Assembly: GCA_964016885.1 (NCBI GenBank)
Contig: OZ024740.1
Span: forward strand, 250,170,001-250,234,000
Direction: 5' to 3'
Length of the DNA: 64,000 bases
Source: Eledone cirrhosa
Taxonomy: Eukaryota
Part shown: positions 33,956 to 47,706 of the stretch, piece by piece
Layout of the letters: each line of letters opens with the position of its first letter
How positions within the stretch are numbered: position 1 is the stretch's first letter
The notes under the pieces: generated by a model
Told to the model about the DNA's origin: nothing
The model's database searches: none
What the model saw: the letters and a program-made list of their open reading frames with translations, nothing else
Position numbers and translations under genes: made by a program

Positions 33956-35899
33956 TAATGAGACAATAACATGACCTATATAAGTATTGCTATGATTTTT
34001 CAACAGATATGATGTATAGCAAAATGTCAGGAAGTATTAATTCCTTCAACACCAGTCTTCCTAAAACCACCTTTGGTTCTGTGTTCATTTTACAGTGTTC
34101 ATATCTAAATTAAAACCTTCCATTATAAGAAGTTTCCAGAATTTATAGAGTAGTTAAGCATGTTTTAGGCCCTTCTCAAAATCATATATCTATGCCAACT
34201 GGTTTCCCTACCAATACTTCATCTGGTCATGTTTGTCTGTAGGTAAATAGATAGACTGTTGTGGTTTAGCCCTAAGTCAATTCTGTTCAAGTAGATCTAT
34301 GGTTAACAACATCCCAGTCATGATCATCCAATCTTTTTTTATAGGTATGATAAAACTGGGGACCCTATCATTAAAACACCTGAGAAACTTCATATGAGAT
34401 TCAACCTCACAGGAGGCCAGCTTAAGCTGCATAGGTATGTACTATAAATTTCATATAAAAATAGTTTATGTAAGACTACATTATCCAATGTGTTCTTATA
34501 TTTTCCAAGACAGTAAGCTTGTAATTTGAGGGAGATTTAGTTGAGCCTGTTTAGTCATTATGTGCAGGTCTCTCACATTGGATCATAAATACATAAGACA
34601 GTAGGGTTAGCAAATATAAACCATGTAGAAGCTCCATCGATGGCTTATTGATAGGTAGATAAATGATTAGAAAGATATGGGAGAGAGGATATCAATATAT
34701 ATATATATAGTTGTAGTTCCTGTCTGTTTGTTTGATTGTTTGTTTGTTCACAAACTCCTCCTATGGTTTTGGAGATAGACCCCCATAACCATATATATTC
34801 TGAAACTACATTTCCCAGGGTACTTGCATAAGTATATTTCATTTTAACAAAGGGTTCCCTGTGGGCACAAACCCCCGCTGAAAATTTTTTCCCTTAGATT
34901 TATATGAAATTTAAACCATAGGTAAATGACAAGATATGATACCTATTTACAGAATTTCAGCAAATTTCAATAATATTAAGACACCCTAATGGGGGTTAAA
35001 CCCCCTATAATGAAAATTATTAAGCCCATAACTTGAGTATTGGAACTTTGAATTTCTAATTTGAAAATAATGCTTTACACAAAAATAAAATAATCAAGTT
35101 TTGAATTGATATTTTGAAAAAAAATATTTACAAGAATCTAAACTATAATAAAGTAAGGACTGTGTACGGTTTATTTCTTTTAATCCAGTTAGTAAAATAA
35201 GTTGGATTACTTTGAATAAATAATGAATGAATATTACATAATTTATATACTAAATTTCGAAACTAAATTTCGTAAACATAAATAATTTCAAATTGACTTC
35301 TTTTCAAAATTTCACATTTCTACACTTCTGGTATATTGTTGCCACCACCACCACTTCAACTACCATATATATATATAGAAAGAGAGAGTGTGTGATGAGA
35401 GATATAGAAAGATTATGATTTACTACACGCTGACGCGTATGAGTGTGCACATACATACATCTATATGTATAAGTATATAACTATTATGAGTATATAACTA
35501 TAATCACGCAAACACAAACTTATAAAAATACACGCTCATGGACATACATTCACACAAATACACATACTTTCACACATACTTTCACGCAAACATACATACA
35601 TTCACACATATACATTTACACAAACACACACATAGAGTCATGATAGCAGCTTTCAGTGAATTGGAAATGGGAGGGTAAAACAAGTATAACGTTTTATTTA
35701 TTCATTAACTCTTTATTTATTTATTAATTTTTTTTTTTAAAACTCATTTAATATAATGGTTACAGAACGAAAACACTAAGAAATATATAGAAAGGAAAGA
35801 GAAAGGAAAAAAGAAAGTGAAAAAATACACAAGCACGTAATACACACATCTTAGACCACATAGAACAAAATGCAGGTGAAAGAGTGGAAAATAAGACGC

Positions 35900-36385
35900 T
35901 ACCAGAGCAAAAGACAGCAATATAGCGAGGAGCACTGGGAAACCTCTCTAATAAATTTTGAGGCAAGGCAGCATGCTTGCAGCATTATCTGGGGTGATGG
36001 CACAACCAAATTCCCTCACGAGTATCACCAGTTACCCCTGTTTGGTGAGCCACCAGTGAAGATAAGAATCTCGCTGTCAGTAGCCCAACTCCCACAAATG
36101 TCTCGAACGCCAGGCTGGATAATGTAGTTAGCTGACAGAACACGGTATTTTAGGATTTTGTTCCGTTCAGCTGTGGATGCTGTAGCTCTCACCCTTACCA
36201 CTGCATCCAGGATGTGGGAAGCAAAAGAGTCACTAACTGTGACATCCCAGGTAAGGCACCTGCCTTGTGACCAGGAGCACAGAGTAAGGGCCGTCATGTC
36301 TTTTCTCATCAATTCAGGACAACCCAGAAGGTTCCATCCAGGATGTTTGCCCGGGCCAAAGCTCTTGAGTGGCAATAGGCCAGTG
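35900..36385 (-). pseudogene. CRE-clade-like RLE endonuclease fragment inside the Helitron
   Basis: LTLCSWSQGRCLTWDVTVSDSFA..AERNKILKY. The copy at 48009 reads ILEPSGLCRIDGKRVGGLTL, a degenerate EP.GL...DGKRPDG motif. Confidence 0.65.
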
Positions 36386-36544
36386 TGTATATGTGCGCGC
36401 GCATGAGTTTGTTGGCGTTCTTAAATTAGAGACACGTGTGTGTGTGTCACTGTTTTTAAGTTAGAGACATATGTGTGTGTATCCCTTTCCTTCCTTTTAC
36501 AAATACATACATTCACACAAACACACATACACATTGCGTGATGG

Positions 36545-36760
36545 ACGGGTGGACAGAAGTCCCTCAAATACATGTGAATGGAGTTCTACTGAAACAGTAA
36601 GAGAAGTTCAAGTATTTTGGAGTCGTGTTCATGAATGATGGAATGAATGAGGCTGAATTAAGTGCAAGAATTGTAAAAGCTGATGCAGTAATGCGCCAGC
36701 CTCAACATTCAGCAATCAGATGAAGGGGGGTAGGTGTAAATGCCTAACTCGCTGTAATTT
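36545..36760 (+). pseudogene. RTE RT fragment inside the Helitron
   Basis: Translates ..EKFKYFGVVFMNDG..EAELSARIVKADAVMRQ, the RT motif 7 region. Confidence 0.55.
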
Positions 36761-37067
36761 TGATTTGATATATTACAAAAAATGTTTTCCAATTTTTCAT
36801 GCATTACATTTTACATTGAGTAATATTGAAATGCAGAGATTTTCTCCATAAATTATATCACTGATTTAAAATCAATCATCATTTTCTTACAAAAAAAATG
36901 TGTGGAACGCAGCAACGTGCGGGTAATTCGGCTAGTATTATATATATATGTCAAAATGCAGTTATTTTGAATATACCTCAAAGTAAGCCTCAATCAAACA
37001 GACATTCCAACTATGACCAGCTCATAGTGTATTTATGACAATATTTTTTTAGTATGTGATTTGTGAG

Positions 37068-37088
37068 TTAGGGTTAGGGTTAGGGTTA
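37068..37088 (+). repeat. Short interstitial (TTAGGG)3.5
   Basis: TTAGGGTTAGGGTTAGGGTTA. Confidence 0.7.
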
Positions 37089-37189
37089 TCATTGCCAACA
37101 CATGTATAACACAATCTATAGCCTGGTTTAACACCATAACTTGGCCCCTGAGTTCCTCTAGTATATTTCACTCCCTCTCACTTGGTCAA

Positions 37190-37510
37190 TGTAAGCTGGA
37201 TGCTTAAGAAGTTTGGTTTGCAATCATTAGGTTTAGGGTTTGATCCCACTTTGTAGCATCTTGGGCAAGTGTTATTAACCATAGCCTTCAGTTGACCTAT
37301 GCCTTGTGAATGAAGCTGGGTAAATGGAAACTGTTTGGAAGTCTGTTGGATGGATTGTACCTGTAATTCACATTGAATTTCCCTGAGAATTACATTAAAG
37401 TTACACATATCTATGGAATACTCAATTACTTACACATCAATTTCATGAGCAGGCCATCCCATTGATCATGCAACTGGAACACTCATCGTTGAAACTGGTG
37501 GAGATCCATT
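37190..37510 (+). mobile_element. Degenerate CORE-type SINE (octopus OR2-like)
   Basis: B-box-like GGTTTGATCCC, CORE-like CTTGGGCAAGTG, then GCCTTGTGAATG...GGAAACTG. Confidence 0.6.
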
Positions 37511-37624
37511 CAATTTCAGTCCTTCCAATTTGTCTTAAAAGTTTCAATTGGATTGTGTGAACTGCCCTTCTCTTCCAATTGCATATTTGTATTTGGTAGA
37601 TCTGGGCTTCACCGGCCGTATAAG

Positions 37625-37865
37625 TTTGGTGAAATTGATATGGTTAACGTTCTGCTTAAACCGTTGCAAGCTGACTCCTATAAAGAAGACATAAGCAGGG
37701 AATGAGTTCCAGAAGGATGATGTTCTGGGCAGGAAGGACTGGGAATAGTGGTTTTCGCATGGCCTGGAGACAAAAATGGGTGATGCAAAGAGGTGAGACC
37801 AATTGTAGTAACAATAAAAGAGGCAGAAGGAGGAGACAGCACATCTGTAGACCAGAAGCTGGTGT
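37625..37865 (-). mobile_element. CR1/Zenon- or Jockey-like LINE 3' fragment
   Basis: RCAVSSFCLFYCYYN...SFLPRTSSFWNSFP..LQRFKQNVN. Confidence 0.6.
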
Positions 37866-39019
37866 ATGTCAGGGAATGACTTTGGTTTGAACTGTATTTT
37901 CCTCCAAATTAGCTGCCTTGGGCACATTGGATAATGTAGCCCTAGATCTTTGAATAGTTGATTACCTTGCAATATTAGGCCAACTAAGTAACTAATTTGG
38001 AGAACAACAACAATAAATAAAATATGGTAGAAAATCTCATTTAATTAATATCAATGAATTTTCATCATCATCAATTTTACATCGCTTTTCCATGCTTGCA
38101 TGGGTTGGACTTCATTCACAATAATTCCCAGACAACCACCATATTGTGATTATGTATGTATTTGACTTGTAGAGAGAAAGAAGAGAAAGAGAGAGGAGGG
38201 AAGACATGTTGAAAGCTGACCAGGTTGGAGCGGGGAAGAGAGATGATGTGTTGAATAGCTGACCAGACTGGAGACATGAGCTTTCTATAAATCAATCAAA
38301 TACAAGACATAAGTAAATATGAGCGCACACACACAAAAATATAAATAAATAAAAATATAAATGAAACCAAAAAAAACCAAAAAACAAAAACAAGATAAAT
38401 AAATAATGAGAAAGGAAGAAAAACAGACCAATAAAGATTACAACAGGAATATCAAGACCAGGCAGGTAAATATATGTAATGATTGGTTTAGCTGCACAGA
38501 CAAAAGGTACCATATTATGCTGTTGGTATTGCTATTGTTTAGCCTCAAGTCAACCCTGATTGAACAAACTGGATAATCACAGCAATCAGCCCTGGCAGGA
38601 TCATGGTGGGGGGCTACAAAAGATGGGATGGCAGTTGGTACATTCAGCATCACAAAGAATCAAGGAGACCTGCCCCCTTAATTTTTAGAGTAGCTCTCCC
38701 ACCATTTGAACTAGCAGTGCAGTCTTGTTCCTCCTTGTAAAATTCCTCTTAGAGGCTCTGGACAAGATGATTATTGCTTGTACATCTTTCATTGTATGCT
38801 TGATCAAGACTCACTTTAGGCTAAACAACAATTGAATGAAATTGACACAGATATTCACATCTTTCAACAACCCTTGGCACACCTCTCAACTGTGTAGAAG
38901 AATTTACTTATTTGGGAAGCCAAATCTCTAGCTGCAAAAAGAAATGTAAACACATATATTGGTAAGGCCATGTTTGTGTGTGTGTGTGGGTGGGTGGGTG
39001 GTGGGGGGGGGGGGGGGGG

Positions 39020-39520
39020 TCATTGTTAAGTTATCTCTAGTGTGGAAATCTAGACTTCTAGATAACATGAAAAGGAGCCACTTTCAAGAAACTGTTACTT
39101 CTGCTCCATTGTTTGGCTGCTCACCATGGACTCTTCTTCAAAACTGGAAAGAAGATTGGATGGAGCCTACTCTCTCATGAAAAAAGTGGTATCAAATGTC
39201 ACTTGAAGAAATCGTCTGACTCATGAGAGATTGCATGAGAACCTTTGTGCAGTATCTGACATCATCAAAAAGTGTAGAGTCAGATTTGCAGGGTATTGCT
39301 GGAGAAGTAAAGATGAAATTGTTGGTGAAATTCTTTTGTAGGAACCTACACAAAGAAGGGCTAGCAGAGGACAACAAGCCAAGACCTATATCAAGCAGAT
39401 TTGTAACGAGATGAACTGCAATCTCTCTGACCTGCCAAATATGATGAACAATAGAATTGGATGATGACAGAGATTCAAGGGAATCTGAGCAACAGTGCAA
39501 CCTATTGATTGATCCATCAG
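39020..39520 (+). mobile_element. Very old RTE-type 3' fragment
   Basis: LSLVWKSRLLDNMKRSHFQETVTSAPLFGCSPWTL, homologous to LLYGCETWTL. Confidence 0.5.
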
Positions 39521-39841
39521 TTAATTGATCATTCTATCTTAAGATTTAATATAACTGACCAACATAGAAGGGAGGGTCCCATCAATTTACTTTCACCAAC
39601 CTTAACCATAGATGGATATTAAAAACATAGTATATATACTCCCTTTGAAGAGTAGGGGTAGATTGTATTTACATATTTTGGCTTCTGCTTTTGACTCATA
39701 CATAAGTTGTTGCATGCTGCTTTTGTAAATACTGTTTGCAACTTTACTTGCATTTATCATCATCACCTTTTCTTTCATACTTGCATGGGTTGGATGGGAT
39801 CCTTTTTTGGCAGGTTTTCTACAGTTTTCCTGATGCTAACC

Positions 39842-40047
39842 CATGCCAAGAAATCCAAGTAGAAGGAAGATGCAGTAGAGGAAGATCACGAAAAACATGG
39901 GCGGAGATGGTGAGAGCAGACCTCAGATCGCTGAAGCTCAGAGGAGATGACGAAGGACTGTGACAAGTGGAGAGATGCTGTGCTGAATAGGACCCATCTC
40001 ACCCTTGCAAGCAGGGAAAAGCGAATGTAAAATGATGATGATGATGA
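39842..40047 (+). mobile_element. 3' stub of RTE-PHD family A with (GAT)n tail
   Basis: Matches 57395-57598. Confidence 0.85.
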
Positions 40048-40869
40048 ATTCTATTTCTAATGTTTTTAAATGTTTCATGCTACCTCTTCATGTTTTACTT
40101 CTATCTCCCCTTTCTTCTCTTCTATCTCAGTCATGCTATCATGCAACATGCTGACTTCTGTCTTGAAGAAAAAGCCAACTAAACACACTAAGACCATCTA
40201 TTTTTTTTTTTATTCGCTACTCACTAATTTATTTTTCACAGTTTTAACTTTTCCTTTTCAATGTTTTTCATTTGCTTATTCGAATATTTTTAAATGTTTT
40301 GTCTCACCAACGTCCATCTACCTAAACAAAAAACATACTCTACTGTCTCTGCATCCCTCCCACCCACCTTTGATTCACCACATTCCAGTTCATTGTTTAG
40401 CAGATGTGGCTTTTCACCCCCTCCTTTCTACCATCTTCTCACCTGATGTTTTTCACAATCAACTGCTTACGTCACCAATATTGATCGCTACTCTGTGGAC
40501 TGCTGCTGTCCCATGTAGATGAGTGTCTGGGAGAACAGTTGCTCCAAGTAAAGTAAGATTATGATTACATGGGTTAGATGTTGAACTTTGTAAGCTATTG
40601 AGATAGCAGATCATCTAGGATGGGAGAAACTCCAATTATAAATGACCTCTTGGGCAGATGTAGACTTAAAAACTGATACAAGATGAAGAGAAGAGAACTC
40701 TTGAGTCCAATAAGACAACCTCTCTAGTACTGGTGGCATGAATAATGCACCCAGTTCATGCTGTAAAGTGGTTGGTGATAAGAAAGGCATCCATCCAGAA
40801 AAAAACCCTGCCAAAAATATGGATAGCATGACAAATATGATATTTAACTAAATGCGTATACAGGACTAA

Positions 40870-43695
40870 CACTAGTCATGTTAGTGCTGTGCATGGTAGT
40901 AGGGTGGCTAGAGTAGCCATGTGCAGGAACCCCTTGACTGTCATCAAGCAATCACACAGCATTTTTCCCTTTCAGGTACATAGTGCTTATACCCAAGGAA
41001 GTAATAATTGTCAATGTACAAATATCAGGACTGCCACCCTCAATGTTGGCACCCTGAAAGGCAAATCAGGTGAAATTGTAGAGTTGTTAGAGAAGAGAGA
41101 AGTGAATCGATGCTGTGTACAAGAGGTGAGATGGAGGGGTGAGATACCTCAACAAAATTACTCACATGCAAACAAGTAATTAGGAAATAAAATGGTGATA
41201 ATTACATCTACCTATGCCCCACAGGCAGGTTGAGAACAAATGGAAAGGTTTTATTAGAGACAACTTCAGGGACTGATGAAAGAGACCTTATCATCCAGGC
41301 AGGTGACGTTAATAGACATGTGGGACACTACCAGGATGGCAGATATGGTTATGGGTCAAGAAATGAAGAGGGCCTGACACTCCTAGAATTCTGTGACACA
41401 AATGAACTAACCATTTGCAACACAAATTTAAGGAAACTGGCCAGCCACCTGATCTCATATCAATCAGGCAAACACACAAGCCACATTGATTACTTACTTG
41501 TAAGATAAATGGACTGTTATAAATTCTTCCCTGGGGAAGAATGCACCGCCCAGCACAAGTTAGTTATAAGGGACATCAGAATAAATACACAGGAAAATAT
41601 GGAGATGGAGGGTTTGGAAGATAAAGGACCTTTTGGTTAAATATATATTTAAAAAGTCCCTATGGGATGCATTTGATGAGAGGGGTGACAAGCTAGATAC
41701 ATATTAGTGAGGACAACATATAGTGAGGACAACTTGAAATACTTGCATGACAACCTTTTGCAAAGTGCCAGCCAGACAGAGGGTGACCTGGTGGTGAAAC
41801 AGCTCAGTGGATAGAAACATTAAAACCAAGAGACAGGCAGGAAAAGACTGGCAAAATGGGGGCAGCAGAGACTGGTATCAGGTGATTAAGAGAGAAGTTA
41901 GACGACAAGTATACACAGCTCTGAGAGAAGCTGAAAAAAGAAAGTTTGCCAACGTCTTGAGACATAGGATCAAAAACATGATGTGTCTGCATTGCAAGGC
42001 AGTGTGACAGTGCAAATTGTAATACTGTTGGGGAAAAGTGTGTTAGAAATGACACTGGTGCATTTAGAATCTCTAATGATCAAAAGAAAGAGGCCTGGAA
42101 ATGTTGCTATGAGAGACTGATGAATGTAGAGAATGAATGGGAGGAAGAGAAAGTACCCCCAACAGAAGAATCAGCTATTGAAGTTGACAGTGGGGCTAAC
42201 AGAGGTAGTTTCTGAGATGCTAAAAACATTGGGAGAAGTAGGAATCGAACTAGCAACCCAAATAGTAAATCAGGTAATAAAAGACAGAGTTATACCCAAT
42301 GACTGGCTCAGCAGTACAATCATAAATTGCTACAAGGGTAAAAATGATGCTCTAGAAAGGAGCAACTAAAAAGAAATAAAATCAATAGACTAAGTTACGA
42401 GAGTGATAGAAAGAGTTATAGCATAGCTAATTAGGGAAAAAGTCAAATTAGATGAGATGCAGTTTGGTTTCATGCTTTGGAAAAGTACTACAGATGCAAC
42501 TATAAGAGAAGTTCCTTGCCAAAAGATAAGCCACTATATTTAGCTTTTGTTGATCTAGAAAAAGCCTTTGACAGAGTATCTTGATCTATTATCTGATGGT
42601 CCTTAAGGAAATTAGGTGTACAAGAATTGCTTGTGAGAGCAATGCAAGCCATATGCAGAGGAGCTGTCAGTAAAGTGAGAGTAGAAAGTGAGTTTAGTGA
42701 GGAATTCAAGGTATAGGTAGGAGTTCCTTAGGGTTTGGTTCTCAGCCCACTGCTATTCATCATAGTTCTCCCAAGCCATAACAGAGGAATTTAAGATTGG
42801 CTGTCCATGAGAATTTCTTTATTCAGATGATCAGGTCCTTATAACTGAATTCATAAAGGCATTGACTCTGGAAACAGAATTTGGAATCAAATGGTCTGAG
42901 AGTAAAAACTAAAATACTCGTATATAGGAAAGAAGATAGGACCCTGATTCCTTCAGGAAAGTGACTCTGCTCAATAGGAGTAGGCATAAACTGTTTGCGA
43001 TGTACACAATGTAAATCTTCTGTACACAACAGATGTAATAGAATAACAGATAGACTAACAGGAAAGGAAGACTTTGTATGTAAAGATGCACAGGGGTAAT
43101 CAAGGGGAAGAGCATTGGTGGTATAAACCTTTTCCAGTAATAGGCTTCTGTTCTTTAGGTGACTTAACTAGCAGTGGAGGAGGGTGCTCTGAGAGCATAA
43201 TAGCAAGAATAAGGATAGGTTGGAAGAAATTTAGAGAGCTACTTCCACTGTTGACAACAAAAGGTTTCTCTTTACATACAAAATGACTGTATGATGCCTA
43301 TGAGCAAAGTGTGATGCTGCATGGTAGTGAAAGATGGGCTGTGACTGCAGAGGATATGTGTAGACTGGAGAGAAATGAAGCAACCATGCTTCATTGGCTG
43401 TGCAATTTAAATGTGTGAGAAAGGCAGAACTTACTCATTTAAGGAGAAGCTGGGTTTAAGAGGAAACCTAGGTGGTATGCAAGAGAGAAGACTGTGTTGG
43501 TTTGGACATGTGATGCACATGGATGATGATCACTGGGTGAAGAAGTGCCAGGAAATGCCAGTGGAAGGAAGCTACAGTAGAGGTGATGAGAGCTGACTTC
43601 AAATTTGCTAGGCTCACAGAGGAGATAATGAAGGAATGTTGAGGACCCAACCAATCCATGCAAGCATAAAAAGTATGTAAAAATGATGATGATGA
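40870..43695 (+). mobile_element. Old near-full-length RTE (PHD-RT lineage), heavily degenerate
   Basis: APE motifs (ATLNVGTL, CCVQEVRW, AGDVN..VG, SHIDY) and RT motifs (CYKGKNDAL, QFGF, VDLEKAFD, GWKKFRELLP), with a (GAT)n tail. Confidence 0.85.
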
Positions 43696-43896
43696 ATCCT
43701 AATCATTGTCAGTACAGTATAGCAAAATCCTGGAACATTAGGTATCATAGCAATGTGTTTTAAACAGATTAACTGGTGTTTTTAAATAAAGAAAGATGCA
43801 ATTATCTGGGGGTCTGTCACAATTTCCTTCAGTTGTTGTGGTCGTTGTTTAGCCTCAAGTGAGCCCTGATCAAGCATACAATGATTGATGATATAT

Positions 43897-44150
43897 GACA
43901 TGTGATGCACATGGAGGATGACCGCTGGGTAAAGAAGGGCCAAGAAATCCCAGTAGAAGGAAGGCGCAGTTGAGGAAGACCACAAAAAATATGGTTGGAG
44001 GTGGTGAGAGCAGACCTCAGATTGCTGAAGCTCAAGGAGGAGATGACAAAGGACCGTGATGAATAGAGAGATGCTGTGCTTAATAAGACCCGTCCCACCC
44101 TTGCAAGCAGGGAAAAGTGGACGTAAAATGATGATGATGATGATGATGAA
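43897..44150 (+). mobile_element. 3' stub of RTE-PHD family A
   Basis: Matches 57350-57598 and has a (GAT)n tail. Confidence 0.85.
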
Positions 44151-44669
44151 TTGATTGATAATATATATATAGCATCTAATGGATATTAATTAGGATTAGC
44201 TGATAGAAAACTACATGTTTTGCATATTTAGAACTAATGTTGTTGAAATGTCATCAACGCGTATTTGTTTACAACACTACTGAGTGAATATTGACATGAC
44301 CAATCTGCCCTACATAGTCAATCATTTGCCTCTGTATGTGTGTGTGTTAGTGAGTGCTGCAAATTTTAAGCTCAGAGCAAGGTTTGGTAGAAAGTTGCAT
44401 GAGGTTTTTCAAACCCAAGTATTTTTGCCCTTTATGTAAAAAAAAAAACAGTGATGTATGTATGAAAATTGAGAATATAAATATTTTCATTATCAAACAC
44501 TTCCACAACTTTTGGATTTGGTTACAAAAGCACAATGTTGAATATGTGTGGAAGAATTGTTATTGAAAAAATTAAATCAAATCCATTCTAATATGCTTCT
44601 CAACCATTTAGTGGAATTTATGTGGTGTTAATTATTTGGCTGAACTGTTGATGATGTACTTGACAATAT

Positions 44670-44835
44670 CTTTACCAGTGAAGGTAAGACACCTTGGTAA
44701 GGTGAGCCTCCAACGATGACAAGAACTTCACTGTCAGTGGCCCAACTCCACCAAATTTCTTGAATGCCACAGGATGGAAAAAATAGTTATCTGATAATTA
44801 CCAGTATTTTAGAATTTTATTTACTCTGCTGGTCT
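44670..44835 (-). mobile_element. Diverged CRE-like fragment
   Basis: CACTGTCAGTGGCCCAACTCCAC...TATTTTAGAATTTT aligns to 36070-36160. Confidence 0.5.
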
Positions 44836-46177
44836 CTGTGACAGTTGATAGCGACATAATCATGGCAAGCAACAACACCAAACTTCCCTGCTAAAAACTA
44901 CACATTAAGTATTTTAGTAATCATTGCTAAATATATGATTTGTGTAAAGGTACATGTAGTGTACAGAACATAAATGAACTAGAACTTGAGGTCCCTAGGC
45001 CTCCTGAAAAGCGCAAGCCCATGCTAACTAGATTACCTGCCTCCCCCCTCACACTGTAAGAATATAAATTTAGAATTACTACACAGTTCTTTGGGATATC
45101 ATGGTATAAAGAGAATATTTCAAATTACATATGTATGTAATTTACTGATTTTTTTGTGTTTTTCTTTCATATTGAAGATGGACATCAAATGAGTATAAAT
45201 TGCCATATTTGTAATTATACTCTTGCGCATTAAAAACTAAAAGACATGGAAAAAGTAGCCCTTGATAGGCAGAATAGTCGTGGATGAAACAACTTTGATT
45301 CTACTGTACCGTACTCTCTTAGATGTTCAAATTGCTTTACACTGAAGAGACAACAGGTCATTTTACAAAAACTAAAGATTCATTTCTTTCTTAGTCCATT
45401 TAATTAAATATGGAATGTGGTTTATTATCTTGATTGTGTGTGTGTTATTTTTATGTCGGGTTTTACGTTAATATCAAAGAGCATTTTATAACTGATAGTC
45501 TTCTGGTATGATAAGATACATTGCTAACCACCCCTTCGTCCTCCTTTGACATATATTTACATCTTACCCTTCTGAACTAACCTTAACCTCTTGATCTTTA
45601 TATAATCACCTGAAACTATTGAAGTGTCTAATTTAGAGGCAGGTATTCAAAAGTGTCAACATGGTAAGATTAGTATTCAATGCTTTTTCACTGTAATGAC
45701 GTCAATCTGAAGGAGGCTCTATTGCAATTCAGCATGGCAGTCGGGAATTAGAGAAGATAAATTCACTTGTATTTTATTCATATATGAAATTTAGCTGGTA
45801 AAATATTACAGCTGTTTAGTTGACCTCTTCAAATATTGTCGCTAATTGTTTTAAATGATCATAGAGCTGTGTATTTTTTCAAAATCAACATGCAAAATAA
45901 AAGAATGAAAAAAAAGTTCAAGAGATTTACATAAGCTGATGTAATAAGTCGAACTTAGAACTTCAAAATTTTCCATCATTGGCAAGATATATAAAAAAAA
46001 AAAATGTGTTGTGAACAGTAAGTTTTGTTAAAGACACAAAATTAATAAATATACAAATATATCATGTGTATTGATCATATATCAGATCTCAAATATATTT
46101 CATAGCAAAATATTTGTAAAATTTATCAGATTTGATTTAATTATCATGGATGGTAGTGGAGAGGGAAAAAAATAGGT

Positions 46178-46342
46178 AATCATCATTTCTGTTTAGCATC
46201 AATTCTTCCATGCTTGCATGGGTTAGACAGGTCGTCCATACAGGGAGACAAACCTGGCCACGGTTGACCATGCCACACCTTGCTCTAGCGAGGACTATAA
46301 ATACAGCTGGATGCCTTTCCAAACACCAACCACATTTACAGT
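46178..46342 (-). mobile_element. Short repeat sharing the RTE family B 3' UTR modules
   Basis: TTCCATGCTTGCATGGGTTAGAC...CAGCTGGATGCCTTTCCAAACACCAACCACATTTACAG, as at 51789-51945. Confidence 0.6.
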
Positions 46343-46374
46343 ATTGAACAATTTCAACCAGTTAAAAAGATCTT

Positions 46375-47535
46375 TGTAACTGGTTGAAATCCTTCATTCT
46401 CAGCCAAAAAGAAGTAGTCACCTTTCTAGGACAGCATTCTTCACCATATGAAATGTCATCTGGTATACCACAGGGATCTGTTCTTGGTCCCCTTTTGTTT
46501 GTTGCATACATTAATGACATAGATGCCAACTTAAAGAATGCCACAGTACTGAAATATGCAGACATCAAGCTGTACTTTGAAATCAAAAGGACAGATCCTG
46601 AAAGCTATAACTCTTTCCTACAATCAGACCTGGACACAATGCAGCAATGGATCACAGACTGGCAACTGAAGCTGGCTGTGGACAAGTGCACCATGCATTT
46701 TGGGAGGACAAGACCACCATGCATTTTGGGAGGAAAAATCCAGCGTCCACATATTCCCTCCACAACACTGATATCAAGAAGTCCTCTTGTGAACATGACC
46801 TGGGCATTACTGTCAGGACCGATTTGCGTTGGACGAAGCACGTCTCTAAAATTGTCAAGAAGGCCGAGGGTGTCTTGGCATCACTCAGCAAGACCTTTGT
46901 TAGTCGCTCTCCAGCCATCTATTTAAAGCTGTATACAGCTATGGTACGACCACACTTGGAATTCGCATCACCAGTCTGGAACCTCTATCTTGCTCAGAAC
47001 ATTGACCTCCTGGAAACTGTTCAGAGACGTGCAACCAAGTGCATACCCTCCATCAGACACCTACCATACTCTGAACGCCTTGCTTCCCTGGGCTTGGATT
47101 CATTGAAGCTCCGATGTCTGGCAATGGACTTGGTAAACACCCACAAAGTTATTAGCCATCTCGCCAACAACAACCCTGAGCACCTTTTTGATCTCCATAT
47201 GTCTAACACACGTGGACATGCCTACATAGTCAGAAAACAGCACAGCTCCCATGACTTTCGGAAACATTTTTTCACGCTTAGAGTTGCTGAAGCATGGAAC
47301 AAACGGCCTGCATCAGTTGTTAGCTGCTGAGACACTGCATCCTTTAAAACCCTCATGCTTCCTGAAATTCGCCAAAACTACACTTGATGTCCCCCTTCCA
47401 TACATATGCACACGTGTATATCATGACTCATGCACTGTTAATTTTCCTGACGTTTGTACATTACCCTATGTACTATACATACACTTTTGATGAGTTGTAG
47501 TGCACCTGAGCACTGTACACAATATTTTCATTATT
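46375..47535 (+). mobile_element. CR1 LINE, 5'-truncated
   Basis: SGIPQGSVLGPLLF..YINDI, KYAD, WQLKLAVDKC, VRPHLEFASPVW, VQRRATK and FFTLRVAEAWN, with a 3' UTR and ATT tail. Confidence 0.92.
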
Positions 47536-47706
47536 TTGGTAGAGGGCCGGACGCCATGCTTTGATGCATAGAGTTACGGCCCTTGCCATTCTGAGTTCAA
47601 ATCCCGCCGAGGTTAACTTTACCTTTCATCCTTACGGGGTCGATAAAATAGAGTACCAGTAATGCACTGGGTGATTGCTGGCCTTGTGCCAAAAGTAGAA
47701 ATAATT
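47536..47706 (+). mobile_element. tRNA-derived SINE at the CR1 tail
   Basis: Same family as 212-398, slightly 5'-truncated. Confidence 0.88.

Larger units (their letters stand above)
34692..36935 (+). mobile_element. Non-autonomous Helitron (about 2.2 kb) with captured LINE fragments
   Basis: 5' A|TC followed by ATATATAG..(TGTT)n. Subterminal 3' hairpin CGCAGCAACGTGCG, then GGTAATTCGG-CTAG|T. No TSD. Confidence 0.75.

Noticed and set aside
34250-34560. Dispersed motif TTTAGCC.CAAGTCA.CCCTGAT (also near 36985, 38535, 43845)
   Set aside because: Evidently an old interspersed repeat, but too fragmentary to bound or classify.
37068-37088. Telomere or chromosome-healing site
   Set aside because: Only 3.5 units, so it cannot be distinguished from an ordinary microsatellite.
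45140-45345. Possible minus-strand host exon (acceptor-like TTGTCTCTTCAG, then about 65 open codons VKQFEHLREYG..FHPRLFCLSRA)
   Set aside because: No recognisable homology and no partner exons; this could be chance. RNA-seq would be needed.
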